Shown: in pieces, positions 47,226-60,082 of the stretch
How positions within the stretch are numbered: position 1 is the first letter of the stretch
Layout: each line of letters begins with the position of its first letter
NCBI GenBank assembly: GCA_965603825.1
Contig: CBFDEM010000016.1
Span: forward strand, 310,001-374,000
DNA: 64,000 bases
Source of the DNA: Blepharisma stoltei ATCC 30299
Lineage: Eukaryota > Protista > Ciliophora
Reading direction: 5' to 3'
Made by a program: the position numbers and the translations under genes
The notes under the pieces: model-generated
The model's database searches: none
What the model was told of the DNA's origin: nothing
The model's input: only the letters and a program-made list of their open reading frames with translations

Positions 47226-48041
47226 CTATGATCTCTTCGAATAAAACAACTCTTCTGGAAAACTGATAAACGCGCTTTGAAGGTTGTCCGGAACAGTACT
47301 AATACCACAATGTATCAAAAATGCTGTAAAAGGCAGCGTCAAATCTTCAAAAAAATCAAATCCATTATGATCCATCTTGCTCGGTAAAAGCAAGTTAGAT
47401 GGCCCTCCACACAGCTCATGCAAAATTTGTGAATGCTGATAAGGAATTAATGTGTCGTTCTGTCCATGTACCAAAAAGCAAGGACATTTTACTTTAGGCA
47501 TTAAATCAATATTCCTAAATCTTTCTTTTACAAAATACATTAATAAGCTCCCAGCAATATTTTTTGCAACAGCCCTTATGGACGTATAAGCTGACATTAG
47601 TAGTAAAGCACCAGGATTTTTTTCTGCACCCAACCAAACTGCTGGGCCTGCTCCTATCGATCGGCCAAATATAAAAATATTTGTAGGAGAAATTTTCAAG
47701 ACATCTGTCAGGTAGTTAAAAACATTTTCAGAATCTTCTAAAATTCGAGAAGCGCTTGGCTTACCTTTATAAATCCCATAGCCTGGATATTCTAATGCAA
47801 GGACATGAACCATTAGTGTGTTTCGTGTATGATTTAACATTTCATAAGCTAGACCAAGATCTTCTGCGTTTCCATGGAAATAAAGTAAAATTTTACTTGA
47901 ACCTCGAGAAAATGGGAGAAAAATGCAGGGAACACCTTGACGCTTGCCTTTAAGCCTTGGAATTTTTAAAAGTTCTCCTGGGAAGCTAATAACTGTGTAG
48001 GATGGACTTGGTGCTGGAAATATAAAACTGTTGAGCTCCAT
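47226..48041 (-). CDS. ABHD17: ABHD17-like alpha/beta hydrolase (271 aa)
   Basis: YFHGNAEDLG, EYPGYG, GRSIG nucleophile, HGQND and MDHN. Confidence 0.9.
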   Translation of the reverse strand: MELNSFIFPAPSPSYTVISFPGELLKIPRLKGKRQGVPCIFLPFSRGSSKILLYFHGNAEDLGLAYEMLNHTRNTLMVHVLALEYPGYGIYKGKPSASRILEDSENVFNYLTDVLKISPTNIFIFGRSIGAGPAVWLGAEKNPGALLLMSAYTSIRAVAKNIAGSLLMYFVKERFRNIDLMPKVKCPCFLVHGQNDTLIPYQHSQILHELCGGPSNLLLPSKMDHNGFDFFEDLTLPFTAFLIHCGISTVPDNLQSAFISFPEELFYSKRS

Positions 48042-48441
48042 TTATTGGGTAGAGAAGAAAATAAATTTTATATCACTTATCATTTCAAATTTAAGCCAAC
48101 TGATGAGGAAATTTTCTATTTCTCTTGGAAAATTTATTGAAATTTTGTTATTTTTGGAAGTTTTATTCAGTTTTTCAGACAAGAAGTAAACGATTTAAAG
48201 CAGACAATATTTTAAACAAATGTTTTTGATCATAAGCTCAAAAATTAGTGAGAAATATAAATTTAGTAATATAAATGATAAGATAGATTTAACTATATAT
48301 TTCATCAAATATCCATTAGGAATTTCTTTTATTTCCTCTGCAAAACTGATTCTCCAATCTTCAATTATCTTTTCAGCAATATCTGGACTTAAAAACTATT
48401 TGGCTAAATATATATTGCCATTAGTTAGTGAAATATCAGTC

Positions 48442-48512
48442 GTCGGTATAGTTTAGTGGTAGAATCTTACGTTGTGGCCGTAAGTACCTGGGCTCGATTC
48501 CCAGTACCGACA
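48442..48512 (+). tRNA. trnH: tRNA-His(GTG)
   Basis: Acceptor gtcggta/taccgac, anticodon arm ttacg-ttGTGgc-cgtaa, T arm ctggg/cccag, downstream T-tract terminator. Confidence 0.93.
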
Positions 48513-48637
48513 TCTTTTATTTTTTGTCTCTTTTCTTTTTGCATAGTCCTGATTCTCTTCTCATTCTCTCCTTTACAACAGCTGAGCCTTTCCTATTACA
48601 TTTTCTTTAAAAAACTCCTAAAATAAATTCTTTTGAA

Positions 48638-49093
48638 ATGGACGAAGAAAATACATATACTACAGGAGAAAATTTTGTTGATATCCCAGTCACAGAAGAA
48701 ACAAAGTTCGAAAATTTGCTCATTTTAGCAGAACAGAGGTATGGAAATGACATTATAAAGCTTCAAGAAGCTGTTATCAGAACAAAAAAACTTGGATTGA
48801 TTCACATAATGGGGTTGCATTATAAGCTTAGGCCACTTTTTAAGATGACTTTGAAGCTCTTGGTTGAAAATGCCTTTTATAAATGAAAATCTGAAAGCAG
48901 GGTTAATAGAGCCTATAGGTTTCAAAAATTTTCTAGGCTTCTAAAATATTTATACAAAAAGATTTTAATCAAAGCGTTTTTGACTTTTAGAGAAAAATGC
49001 AAAAGAATCCCATTTGAAAGACAAATGAGAAAATCTGATCAAAGCTATAAAGCAGCATCTATTAATAGTGAATATGATGAAGATCTCAACTAA
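48638..49093 (+). CDS. Hypothetical protein (151 aa)
   Basis: ORF 48638 stays open past TGA 48884 to TAA 49093. Confidence 0.65.
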
Positions 49094-49158
49094 ACAAGAG
49101 TGAAGGAATATTTACACAAAGGATACACAAATTTTCTAATTTCAATTATTTTCTATAT

Positions 49159-49743
49159 TTAATCTTCTTGCTTAATATTATTATTACTTTCCAACAGCTG
49201 TGACACATAAAAGTTATAGTCAATTGCAGTTCTTTCATCATTATCAGGCTTCACGTAACTAAGTTCTTCATACTTCGAGTTCAATTCAAAGTATCCAATA
49301 TTCAATAAATGCTTATTTTTCCCAAACCAAGTTCGATACTCTTCTAAAAAACCAGGAAAGTCTTTCTGCAAATCCTGCTCAATCCCGTCACAATTTTCGT
49401 TAAGCACCGATTTCGTTGCAAATGCTGTGAAATTTAAAACGTTTTCTAAGGAGTAATCATAATCAGTTCAACCAAATCTTGATAAGTAAATGCCAAACCA
49501 TACAATTTCAAGCTCAGACAGGTTTAGAGATTTCGAGACTTGGCAAAGGTGGAACAGGATAAACTCGATTGGCTCTTGCCTTATAAATTGAGCACCTAAT
49601 GATAGTCTTTGAAGAAACTGATAGGATTTATAAGAAAGGCCAAAATCAGAGATAAGAGTTTGATTGTAAACAGTAGAATGGTTGTTTTCTGAAGTCTCAG
49701 AGGAGTTTTCTTCGTCTTCTGAAATTTGGCTTGTTTTTAGCAT
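49159..49743 (-). CDS. Hypothetical protein, weak cyclin-box-like pattern (194 aa)
   Basis: Two ORFs joined by TGA 49468. LSELEIVWFGIYLSRF..FTAFATK; the domain call is weak. Confidence 0.72.
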
Positions 49744-49893
49744 TTTATTTTGGAATATATGAAACTTATAATTAATGCATATAAGCAATAAATTCATTAA
49801 TTATGATTTTTTATGAAGTAAATTCCAACCTTTGTCTGATTTTTATTAGACAAATTTATAGTATAATTCAAACTGATAAATTAAGCCATTAAA

Positions 49894-52704
49894 TTAATTT
49901 CCTTTGACTTTCCTATTTCTTTCAGTAACCTCAATAATTTTTTGCTGTACTTTTGATGATATATCTGTATTCTCTATGACAATTTTTTGGATATTTCTAA
50001 TTCTTGTAGCTAAAGCAACTAATGCAAGCCCAGCGTTATCAGTTAAGTCTGTATTATAGCTTAAATCAATTTCTACTATTCCTAGCTGTCTGCTGAGCTC
50101 TAATCTTCTACACAGCTCACAAACAGCTAGATCTCCAAGCTTATTTTCTCTTAAATACAAATATTCAAGATTTGGAAAGTCCTCAATTCCATCCAAAATA
50201 GCGTTCAGTCCTCTATTCCCAAGGTAATAATAATTCAAATCTAAAATTGTTGAATTTTGATTTGTTACATCTTGGAAATCTTGAATAATCGCTTCTTGCT
50301 GCTCTGTAGGCAAACTATGGAAAGTTTTATAATCATTATACTCCAGTCCAAACAGAATCGCCATGTCTCTTTCAAATTCAATTTCCTGTGCAAGAGGGTC
50401 TTGGATTTTAAACTCCAGATCATCTTCTATTTCATTTTGCTGGATATTTTTTCTTAATTCTTTTATTCCTTGTGAATAGCTTTGGCCAAGCTTAGTCTGT
50501 GAATTATCTGTAACAAGCCCTGGTGTTGCTGGCTTTGTGACAGCTTTGCCGAACGCAATTGATTTTACTTCCTCTTTTTTTTTCTCTTCATTTAGCCCTT
50601 TTCTCACAATTTCTTTTCCTATTTGCTTTACTAGTGGTTTATCATTAATCATACTTTGTAAGTTAAATGGCAGCGCTTTCTCTTCTTCCTCTTTTTTCTC
50701 TCCTTTTATTGCTCTATTAATAATTTCCATCCCTATCGGTTTCAACGAAGGCTTTTCATTGACCATATTTTGCAAATTATGAGGTAGCATAGCCTGTTTT
50801 ATTAATTGATTTTGCTCTTTTTTAGAAGCATTTATAGCAGAGTCTGCAAGACTTTTCCCGATATCAAGCTTAGTAGGTCTCGCTCTTTCCCCTTCTTCCT
50901 CTTCTAATATGACTTCCCAGCTTTTATTTTCAAACGCTATTTCATCTTTTTGGCAAGAAAAATAGATAGATAAATAGCAATCACTGCAGACACCCTCACT
51001 GGAATTCATAATGACTATAGAGTATTTCCCTGCTTTTAATTCGCCGCCAGCCATAACACATCTCGAGTCTGCTCCTTGAGATTGCAAAGCGATTCTATCT
51101 GGCACAAAAGCACCAACTGATTTTTCAGCCATGTCGAGTTTAAATACAACGATAAGAAGAGTCAGTTTTTTGAAGGGAGGGCGATTCTCAGCAACAGATC
51201 GAGGATCTGGCTGCTGAAGGAGTATTGAAATGTCTGTTGTTTTTTTAATATAAAATGGAAACTGAGGATTTTTCGTTCAGTTTTTCCCTCGTGGTGGAAT
51301 TCCGTAGCTAGGATTCCATCCTGTATAATATCTAACTCCGCTTCATTCATCAGGGAAATCTCTAACAGCCATAATAGTATTGAAATACTGTGCAAAATTT
51401 TCAGCGTGCATTATAAAAATGTTATCTTCAGCTCCCCATACATGAAAAAGCTCGTCTTTATCAAATTTGTCAGGTAAATCCTTGAGGACTTCGTTATATT
51501 TATCTTTAAGCTCAGGAGTTCACCTTGTATCTGCGTCGCTCCAGTCTCCATTTCATTCCATATTATTCTCTTTTCCCCAAGGGTTTTTTAGCCTTAAAAA
51601 TTGTAAAACGCCATTAGGGTCTTCTTCGAAAGGCACTTCTCTTATATCTAATATTCCATAAGCGTGACCATATTGTATCCCATGCCTTCTAGCGTCAACC
51701 TGCAGCTCACGCTTGTCTTCATCTGGAATGTCTCTCCTGCCTAAGAAATTTAATGAAGCTCCTATAAGAGATCCTGAATAAACCAAAATTTTTAGCATCT
51801 GCCATAAGCGGCTATTGTCTACACTAGAAGTAAATCGAATCATTTCTGGGGCAAGTCCAGTCAAATCTTGCAGAGCTTCATCTATAAACCCGCTCGTCAA
51901 GTTAATGTATTTAATATTCAGCTTTGCATACGCTTTTTCTATTAAAGACACCCAGAATTCATTGCGGTTTCTGCACCTTGCAAAAGCAGGAAAACACCTC
52001 CCATTTGCTCGCTCCAAGCAAGGAATTTTGTCATCCACTATCACGTAATGGACTCTGCAGTTTTTATACATTCGAAATACGTATAAGCCGAATTTTTCAA
52101 ACTCCTCAAAGTAGCCTCTGCAAATTAGTTGGTCAAATAAGTCGTCTCGACCAGCGACTAAAGCCATTCCACTAATAAACCAGCAGTCTCCTAAATTTCC
52201 TTGCATAACGTCTAATGAACTTGCTCCAGAGCGATTCTTGTGCATTGATGCATTGGATTTTCCTACTGTTGCTTTTTTAGTTGTGGACCGTTTTATGGCT
52301 GCAGGCTTTTTTTCTTCTTGCTCTTCTTCAGGGTCTTCTTCGTTTTTATTTTCTTCATCTGACTCGTCATCTGACTCCTCTCGAGTAATAAAAGCACATA
52401 AAGAAGGGTCTTTGCAAAAGTCAAGTGGCCTTAGTCATTTAATCATATCTATATGAAGTCCTGCAATATTGTTATATTGCCCTACTGAAGCATCTCCCTG
52501 CATTTCATTTGCTTCATCTGGAGGGTAAAAAATTGCTAATTCTCCAGTTGGATCTTTTTCTGTGGGCCCAAAGTCAGGATCATTAAATTTCTTGTCTTCT
52601 CCAACATATTGCGATACTAGTTCTTCTATTTTGGTCCTGACCTCTTCAATATTTGGGGTTAGAAAAACCGTTCTAGCATAAAAGTCTGATACATAAGTGC
52701 TCAT
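49894..52704 (-). CDS. Calpain-family protease with domain III and C-terminal LRRs (936 aa)
   Basis: Catalytic triad QGNLGDCW / GHAY / NPWG, E[W]NGDWSD, [W]TKNPQF, then RI-type LRRs (LDLNYYYLG, LYLRENKLGD, IDLSYN). Confidence 0.92.
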
Positions 52705-52797
52705 ATTTATTTAAATACTTTGAAAATTTATCAGATTTTTTCTACCTTTACACTTTTCATAAAAACATGGGTGTTATTCAAGATTCAATAAACATAA

Positions 52798-53787
52798 ATG
52801 AGCATTAATTTATATGCAAGAAAAAGAAGTACAAGCCCTATAAAAAATAGCAAAACAATAGATTCTGACGAGTCGACTTTCGCTGTTTTATCTTCAAGTT
52901 TCTCTTCGATGAATTTGCCTTACAGGTCTTATAAAAAGCAGATGAAGAGCTTAAAGTCTCCTTTTGGGTGCATAGATAGAGACATACAACGACCTAGGCA
53001 TATTATATTTCCAAAAAAGAGCTCGTCATTAATTGACTCACAGAATTCTATTGATAACTCCTCAGACAGATCTTCATTCTCAGGCAGCAATTCGAAGCTA
53101 ATACATAACAATACATACCAAATTCACATTATTTCTGAAAAGGAAGCACTGTCTCCAAACCCTGCTTTTAAAATTAAAGAAGCGACAAAAGTTGACGATA
53201 CGTCTAATAGGAAAATTGCAGAAAAATTCAGCCAGCTTGATAAAAACCATCAAAATTTTACAGTTTATAGTGAAATCTTTAATTTGGTGATTAAAAAAGA
53301 TAAAGAATTTGGATATATTTTAAAAAAAATCAAAGATGTTTATGATGCAATGATTTTAAAACAAGAGCATGACAAAAACCAATCAATCAAAGAAGAAGAA
53401 AATAAGCACAAAAGCCTTTCAATAGAGCAGTCAATGCTAGAAGAAATGATAAGGGACCTAGAAAAAGACAAAATCAAACTTGAAAAAGAGCTAGAAGTTA
53501 AGGAAAACGAAATTAAAGAGCTAGTGCACCAATGTACAATAATTCCAAGTATAATCAATGAAAACCAAAGCTTGAAAAACCATATGATAGAACTAGAAAA
53601 AAATTTTGACAAATCTTTTCATTTCCCTGGCATTGGAATGAACGAAACCTTAAATAAGATTTCCCACGAAAAGTCAGCGTTCACAAGAAAGCCTAGCTCA
53701 AAGACCCAGTACCCTTTGCTTAAGAAAAAGACTTCTTGCTATCTCAAGCTTCCTGACCTATCATTGCCGGTGAAGACAAAGCAATAA
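52798..53787 (+). CDS. Coiled-coil protein with TSNAXIP1 N-terminal-like segment (329 aa)
   Basis: VYSEIFNLVIKKDKEFGYILKKIKDVYD followed by a coiled coil. Confidence 0.8.
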   Translation: MSINLYARKRSTSPIKNSKTIDSDESTFAVLSSSFSSMNLPYRSYKKQMKSLKSPFGCIDRDIQRPRHIIFPKKSSSLIDSQNSIDNSSDRSSFSGSNSKLIHNNTYQIHIISEKEALSPNPAFKIKEATKVDDTSNRKIAEKFSQLDKNHQNFTVYSEIFNLVIKKDKEFGYILKKIKDVYDAMILKQEHDKNQSIKEEENKHKSLSIEQSMLEEMIRDLEKDKIKLEKELEVKENEIKELVHQCTIIPSIINENQSLKNHMIELEKNFDKSFHFPGIGMNETLNKISHEKSAFTRKPSSKTQYPLLKKKTSCYLKLPDLSLPVKTKQ

Positions 53788-53813
53788 AAATCTGTGAAGA
53801 ATAAGTAATTAAA

Positions 53814-54212
53814 CTATAATTCATAATTATTGAATGAAATTAGGGCTATCTTAATTAGAAACTTATGATAAAGAGCAATTGCGAATACGTTAATTATGCA
53901 ATGCATTGTTGCATTTTCCCATTTAACAACGATAAATCCATCGAGTGAAGGATTCCATAAGCAGGTTGAATTTATATGGAGCGAGCTTGAGTTTTTCCTC
54001 GTAATCACACATGTAGCGCAAAACTTAAAACCTTTGTTAAACTCATGAAGATTCCTGATAATGGCTTGGGGAATGTTGCTGCACCAAGACTCTACTCTAT
54101 CTTCTTGGTAAGTTGCGTCAGATAAAGATTCTTCAATAATGTTTGTGACTAGCCTTTCAGATTCTTCTTTCTATATAAGCTTTACCAGTTGCGCAAATGG
54201 AACTCGACTCAT
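53814..54212 (-). CDS. DYNLT1: Tctex-1 type dynein light chain (127 aa); 2 exons
   Basis: Intron 54171-54185. Motifs FKFCATCVI..LHINSTCLWNPSLDG..WEN.TMHCIINVFAIAL. Confidence 0.9.
54171..54185 (-). other. 15-nt spliceosomal intron
   Basis: gtaaagcttatatag. Confidence 0.88.
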
Positions 54213-54859
54213 CACTCTTAAAATAATGGAAAATTAGAATAAAATGTTGACTAATTACTAAGTTCTTTGATATTCTTCTTAAAATGCAAATTCATAATTA
54301 ATTTAATAAAAATCAGTCGACTATATTATTAATTGTCTTAGGTAAGTAATTTTATAAAAAGTTAGAAATTAAAAATAGAGAAAATAATAAAAGCAAATTA
54401 TAATGAAAATCAATATGCAATTCAATTAATTATTATAATTAGGAGACTAAAATAATTATATTGCAGTCACATAAATAATGAAAAATCTAGGCTTCATTGC
54501 TGCTATAATTTTTGAAGCCTTTTATCAAAGTTTATGTATTTTAATCACTTATAAAGTTCATATATATCTTTCATAGGCTACTTCCTTCTCACTCAAGCTT
54601 TCTTCATATCTTTTTCGTTATAATCTCAGCATTTCCTAAATTTTTATTATGAAAACCCTCCCATCAACAGTTACACCTTTCCTCAAAAGATTCAGCCAAA
54701 CTTCCTTAAACCACCTTTTCTCTATTGAATTAATCCCAAGTCTTCCCCATTGTTCTTTTTTTCATCTCTATCTTCCAAAATCTTCTAAAAACTCCCCTTT
54801 TGCATCACAATTTATCATCATTTATAGATATATTGTCCATAAATTAAACTAAGTTCATC

Positions 54860-55855
54860 ATGTTCTCCGATCTATGCGTTACAGCCCCAAGCAAAAAGAA
54901 AGGCTTAAGGCTAAATATCAGAAAAATAAACACGACTTGCCCCAAGAAAAAACTTCCCAAAAAATTTGAAGAAAAAGTATGGAAAGATCAACTCATTCAA
55001 GGTGACTTTTATTCAATTTCAGCCAAAAAAGGACCAATAAGAAAGCAAATGGAAGATACTTTTAGTGTTTTAAGAACTCCGTATAAGCCTTTTGTGGGTT
55101 TTGGAGTATTTGATGGCCACTCCGGAATCCAGGCTGCAGTTTACGCATCAGAGCACTTGCTAAATAAAATCAGATCATTTGATAGCAGCAGCCTTATGCA
55201 AGCTTTTCTCGAGACTGATCAACTTTTCTGCAACTCAGCAAAAACTTTAAAAGATGGATCTACCGCAACTGTAGCCTTAGTACAAAACTCAAGTATTTTA
55301 GTCGGAAATGTAGGGGACTCCAGAGCTATTTTAATCAGTGAGAATTCTTGGCAAATACTAACAAAAGACCATGCAGCAAGCGATTTAGAAGAGCAGCTGA
55401 GAATTGAAAAAGCTGGAGGCTATGTTATACCTGTAGGAAGAATCCCAAGAGTGCAAGGAACTATAGCCATAACAAGAAGCATAGGAGACCTCGGATTCAA
55501 GCAATTTTTAATTGCTGAGCCATATATAAATCAAAAAGAGATTGAAGAGGACGATTTATTTTTGGTTCTGAGCAGTGATGGGCTCTTTAATAATTGGGAT
55601 ATTGAAGGACTTGCAAATTTTCTGAGGGAACGGAAAGAGTCAAAGACAGAACTTTTGGCTGAAGCAATTTGTGAGTATGCTTTGAGGAGTGGAAGCCGAG
55701 ATAATATAACTGCCATTGTAGTTGATCTCAGGCATTTTAAAAATGAAAGGATAAAGAGAAGACTTCTAGATATTGATATGGGGTCTGATGAAGAGGATGA
55801 CATTATGGAAATCGAAACAACACCCAAAATGATGGTCAAAAAATTCATGTTTTAA
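54860..55855 (+). CDS. Protein phosphatase 2C (331 aa)
   Basis: MED, FDGHSG, NVGDSRA, TRSIGD, SDGLF and GSRDNIT motifs. Confidence 0.95.
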   Translation: MFSDLCVTAPSKKKGLRLNIRKINTTCPKKKLPKKFEEKVWKDQLIQGDFYSISAKKGPIRKQMEDTFSVLRTPYKPFVGFGVFDGHSGIQAAVYASEHLLNKIRSFDSSSLMQAFLETDQLFCNSAKTLKDGSTATVALVQNSSILVGNVGDSRAILISENSWQILTKDHAASDLEEQLRIEKAGGYVIPVGRIPRVQGTIAITRSIGDLGFKQFLIAEPYINQKEIEEDDLFLVLSSDGLFNNWDIEGLANFLRERKESKTELLAEAICEYALRSGSRDNITAIVVDLRHFKNERIKRRLLDIDMGSDEEDDIMEIETTPKMMVKKFMF

Positions 55856-56010
55856 AGCAATTAATTGCATATATATTCTAATCATATATTTCTTGCTTAA
55901 ATAAGATAGTTTAGAAAAATGATGAATTGAATGAGTAATCCAATAACTAAAAAAAATCCTCACAAATGTCTATATTCTTTTATCCATTTTATAATATTCG
56001 GGAAAAACAC

Positions 56011-57900
56011 ATGGAAGGAGTCACAGCCAATTTTATAAGAGAAGAAACAATCCTCCCCAGCTGTATAATAAAAAGAGTTATTACAGAGGGGGACGGCGAC
56101 CTCATAGTTCCCAATACAAAAATTGAAATGCTTTTTGAAACTTACGAAGATGACGGAAAGCTGATATCATCTGAAACACTAATTCACACCATCATTAATT
56201 ATGCAGAAGGGGCAGACAAGAGTGCAATTGATTATGCATTGCTTTCGATGAAACTAAATGAAATAGCTTATGTCAAAGTGTCAGCAGGTCGGCATATAGT
56301 AAAAGGGAACTCATGGGATGACATATGATACAAAATAAATCCTCATAAAATCGAGTCAAACATCGATATAATTATGCCTGACACTCTCAGCATAATAAGA
56401 GAAGAGGAAATTGCTACTGAAGATAACTTTAAAATTATTAAAAAAGTTATGCAAGAAGGATTTGATAATTTGCCTACTCCAGAATCAAAAATATCATTTA
56501 ACCTTGAATTTCGACATATGGATGGAACTTTAGCAGAGTCTTTAGCTACTAAATCGATTATTTTGACAAAAATATTGAATCCTGGAGTTCATAAAGGAGT
56601 TCAGCTAGTTTTAAAAACTATGAAATGCTCGGAAGAAGCTTGGGTCCTCATCCCTGAAAACTACCATTATGTAGATTCTGCAGCAAATAGGCCAGTTTGG
56701 GCATATATTTTTGTGACAGAAATAATAATCAATTCCAATATCCTTCTTCCTCAAAATGAGCCATTTTTAAGAGAGGAAATTCTTAGTAGTGACAATGGGG
56801 TGATTAAAAGGGTTGTAAAAGAGGGAGAAGGAGATCTTGTTCCTGCCAATACCAAGATCTGGCTGAAATATGAAGGAAGAACTGAAGACGGTTTCGAATT
56901 CCAAAAACCAAATGAGTTTGTTATTGGAAATGACAAACTTTATAGCGAGGCTTGGCACTTAGCTTTAGAATCAATGAAAAGAGGGGAAGTTGCATGAATA
57001 AAAGCTACAAAAGGCCATCACATAATAGGAGATTTTATAAATGAAACCTTATGGTTTAAATTCTACCTTGAAGAATTTTTGGTAACTAGAGAAATCAACC
57101 CAAATGCTCCTTTGCCTTCAAAGCTTGCAGCTGCTTCCGAAATAATGAATGATGGTAACAGGCTTTACTCAACTAAAAAATACGCAGACTGCAGGACACT
57201 CTATAATAAAGCTCACCAATTATTAACATTAAGAAAAGGAGCATTTGAAACTATGGAAGATGAAGAACTAAAAAAACAATATGTCGCAGTTAGGACAAGA
57301 GCCTGCTTAAATTGTGCACAAATATCAATTATAAACGCAGAGCAAGCTAATGGACTTAAGAAACGAATTGAGTATCTAGATAAAGTTTTAGAAAAATGCA
57401 ACGAAGTCATTGGATATGATAGCAAAAATATTAAAGCGAATTATCGGAAGGCTATAGCTTATAAAATGAAGGATGATATCCCAAAGGCAATAGAAATTAT
57501 TGAATTTCTTTTAAAAATCCAGCCAGAGAGCAAAGAAATTTCAACTTTGTATGCAGAATTAGTAAGAAAAGGAGGATCGATAAAAGCAAAAGAAAAATTA
57601 ATGTGCAAAGGGATTTTTGATAGATGGGAAAATGAAATGCATAAGGAAGATGAAGAGGAAAAGAAGATAAATGAAAGGAAAAAAGCAGAAAAAATTATAG
57701 AAAGTCAAGAAGAGGTAAAGAGGAACAGAGAGATTAGGGAGAAGGCTGAAGAAGAAAATAGGCAGAAGGAAAGTATTAAGAAATTGAGATCTCAATTAGA
57801 AAAAGGATTTATTGTAGACACAATGGACCCAGAAGATGAAAATGTAGATTTTCTACTTGGTCAAGATGAAAATGTAAGCGAGGGTGAAAATAGTAGTTAA
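56011..57900 (+). CDS. Multi-domain FKBP-TPR immunophilin (ROF1/FKBP62-like; three divergent FKBP domains) (629 aa)
   Basis: Repeats of IKRV..EG.G...P and ALxSMK..E.A, TPR with KANYRKAIAY. TGA=W at 56326 and 56995. Confidence 0.88.
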
Positions 57901-58259
57901 GTTTAACTGATTTAACAATTAAATGATTCCATCGTTATCTATGATTTACTTGCCGCATTATGTTTTAAAAATTTTTATACAAAAGATAGTAATCTTTTCT
58001 AAATTAATTAAAATATATATAAAGAAGAGTTAATTACTATCGTGCCCAATTTTATAAATATTAATGTCTATGCCCAGCCAATTTTAATAAAAAACTAGCA
58101 AAGATAAATCACAAATATATCATTTAATTCCAAGAATTAATTTAATAATAATTTAAATAAAAGCCATATAAGTTATTTGCTATTAGCAAGCAAATTGTCC
58201 ATAAATGGGCTGACCTATAGAAGCATCAGAAAACGCTTAGGTCATTCAAAATCCTATAA

Positions 58260-58502
58260 ATGTCTAAATACCTAGCACACCGTTGCGATTATAATTCTTT
58301 TGATTCTTTACTAAGTCCAAGCATAATTTCTATTGGCATCAGGAATTCTCAGGCTTCCCGGGCTCGTGAATCTTTCACAAATTTTGAATCAAACGAAAAA
58401 ATAGGCTCAGTCATAACTCTCATTGGAAGCACTTCTAAAGAATCCCATATCCATCATAGAAATGATATTGTATCAAAAGGTTGCACATGTACCATATATT
58501 AA
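58260..58502 (+). CDS. Possible small protein ending in a CaaX-like motif (80 aa)
   Basis: ORF ends KGCTCTIY*. No other support. Confidence 0.35.
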   Translation: MSKYLAHRCDYNSFDSLLSPSIISIGIRNSQASRARESFTNFESNEKIGSVITLIGSTSKESHIHHRNDIVSKGCTCTIY

Positions 58503-58514
58503 ATTAAAAATTTT

Positions 58515-60002
<1,488 letters not shown>

Positions 60003-60082
60003 TTATTGTAACAACTTTTATTTAGTTTTGATAAGAATTTACTGATTTTTTGAAATATTATTTAACTTTACTCATATGAACA

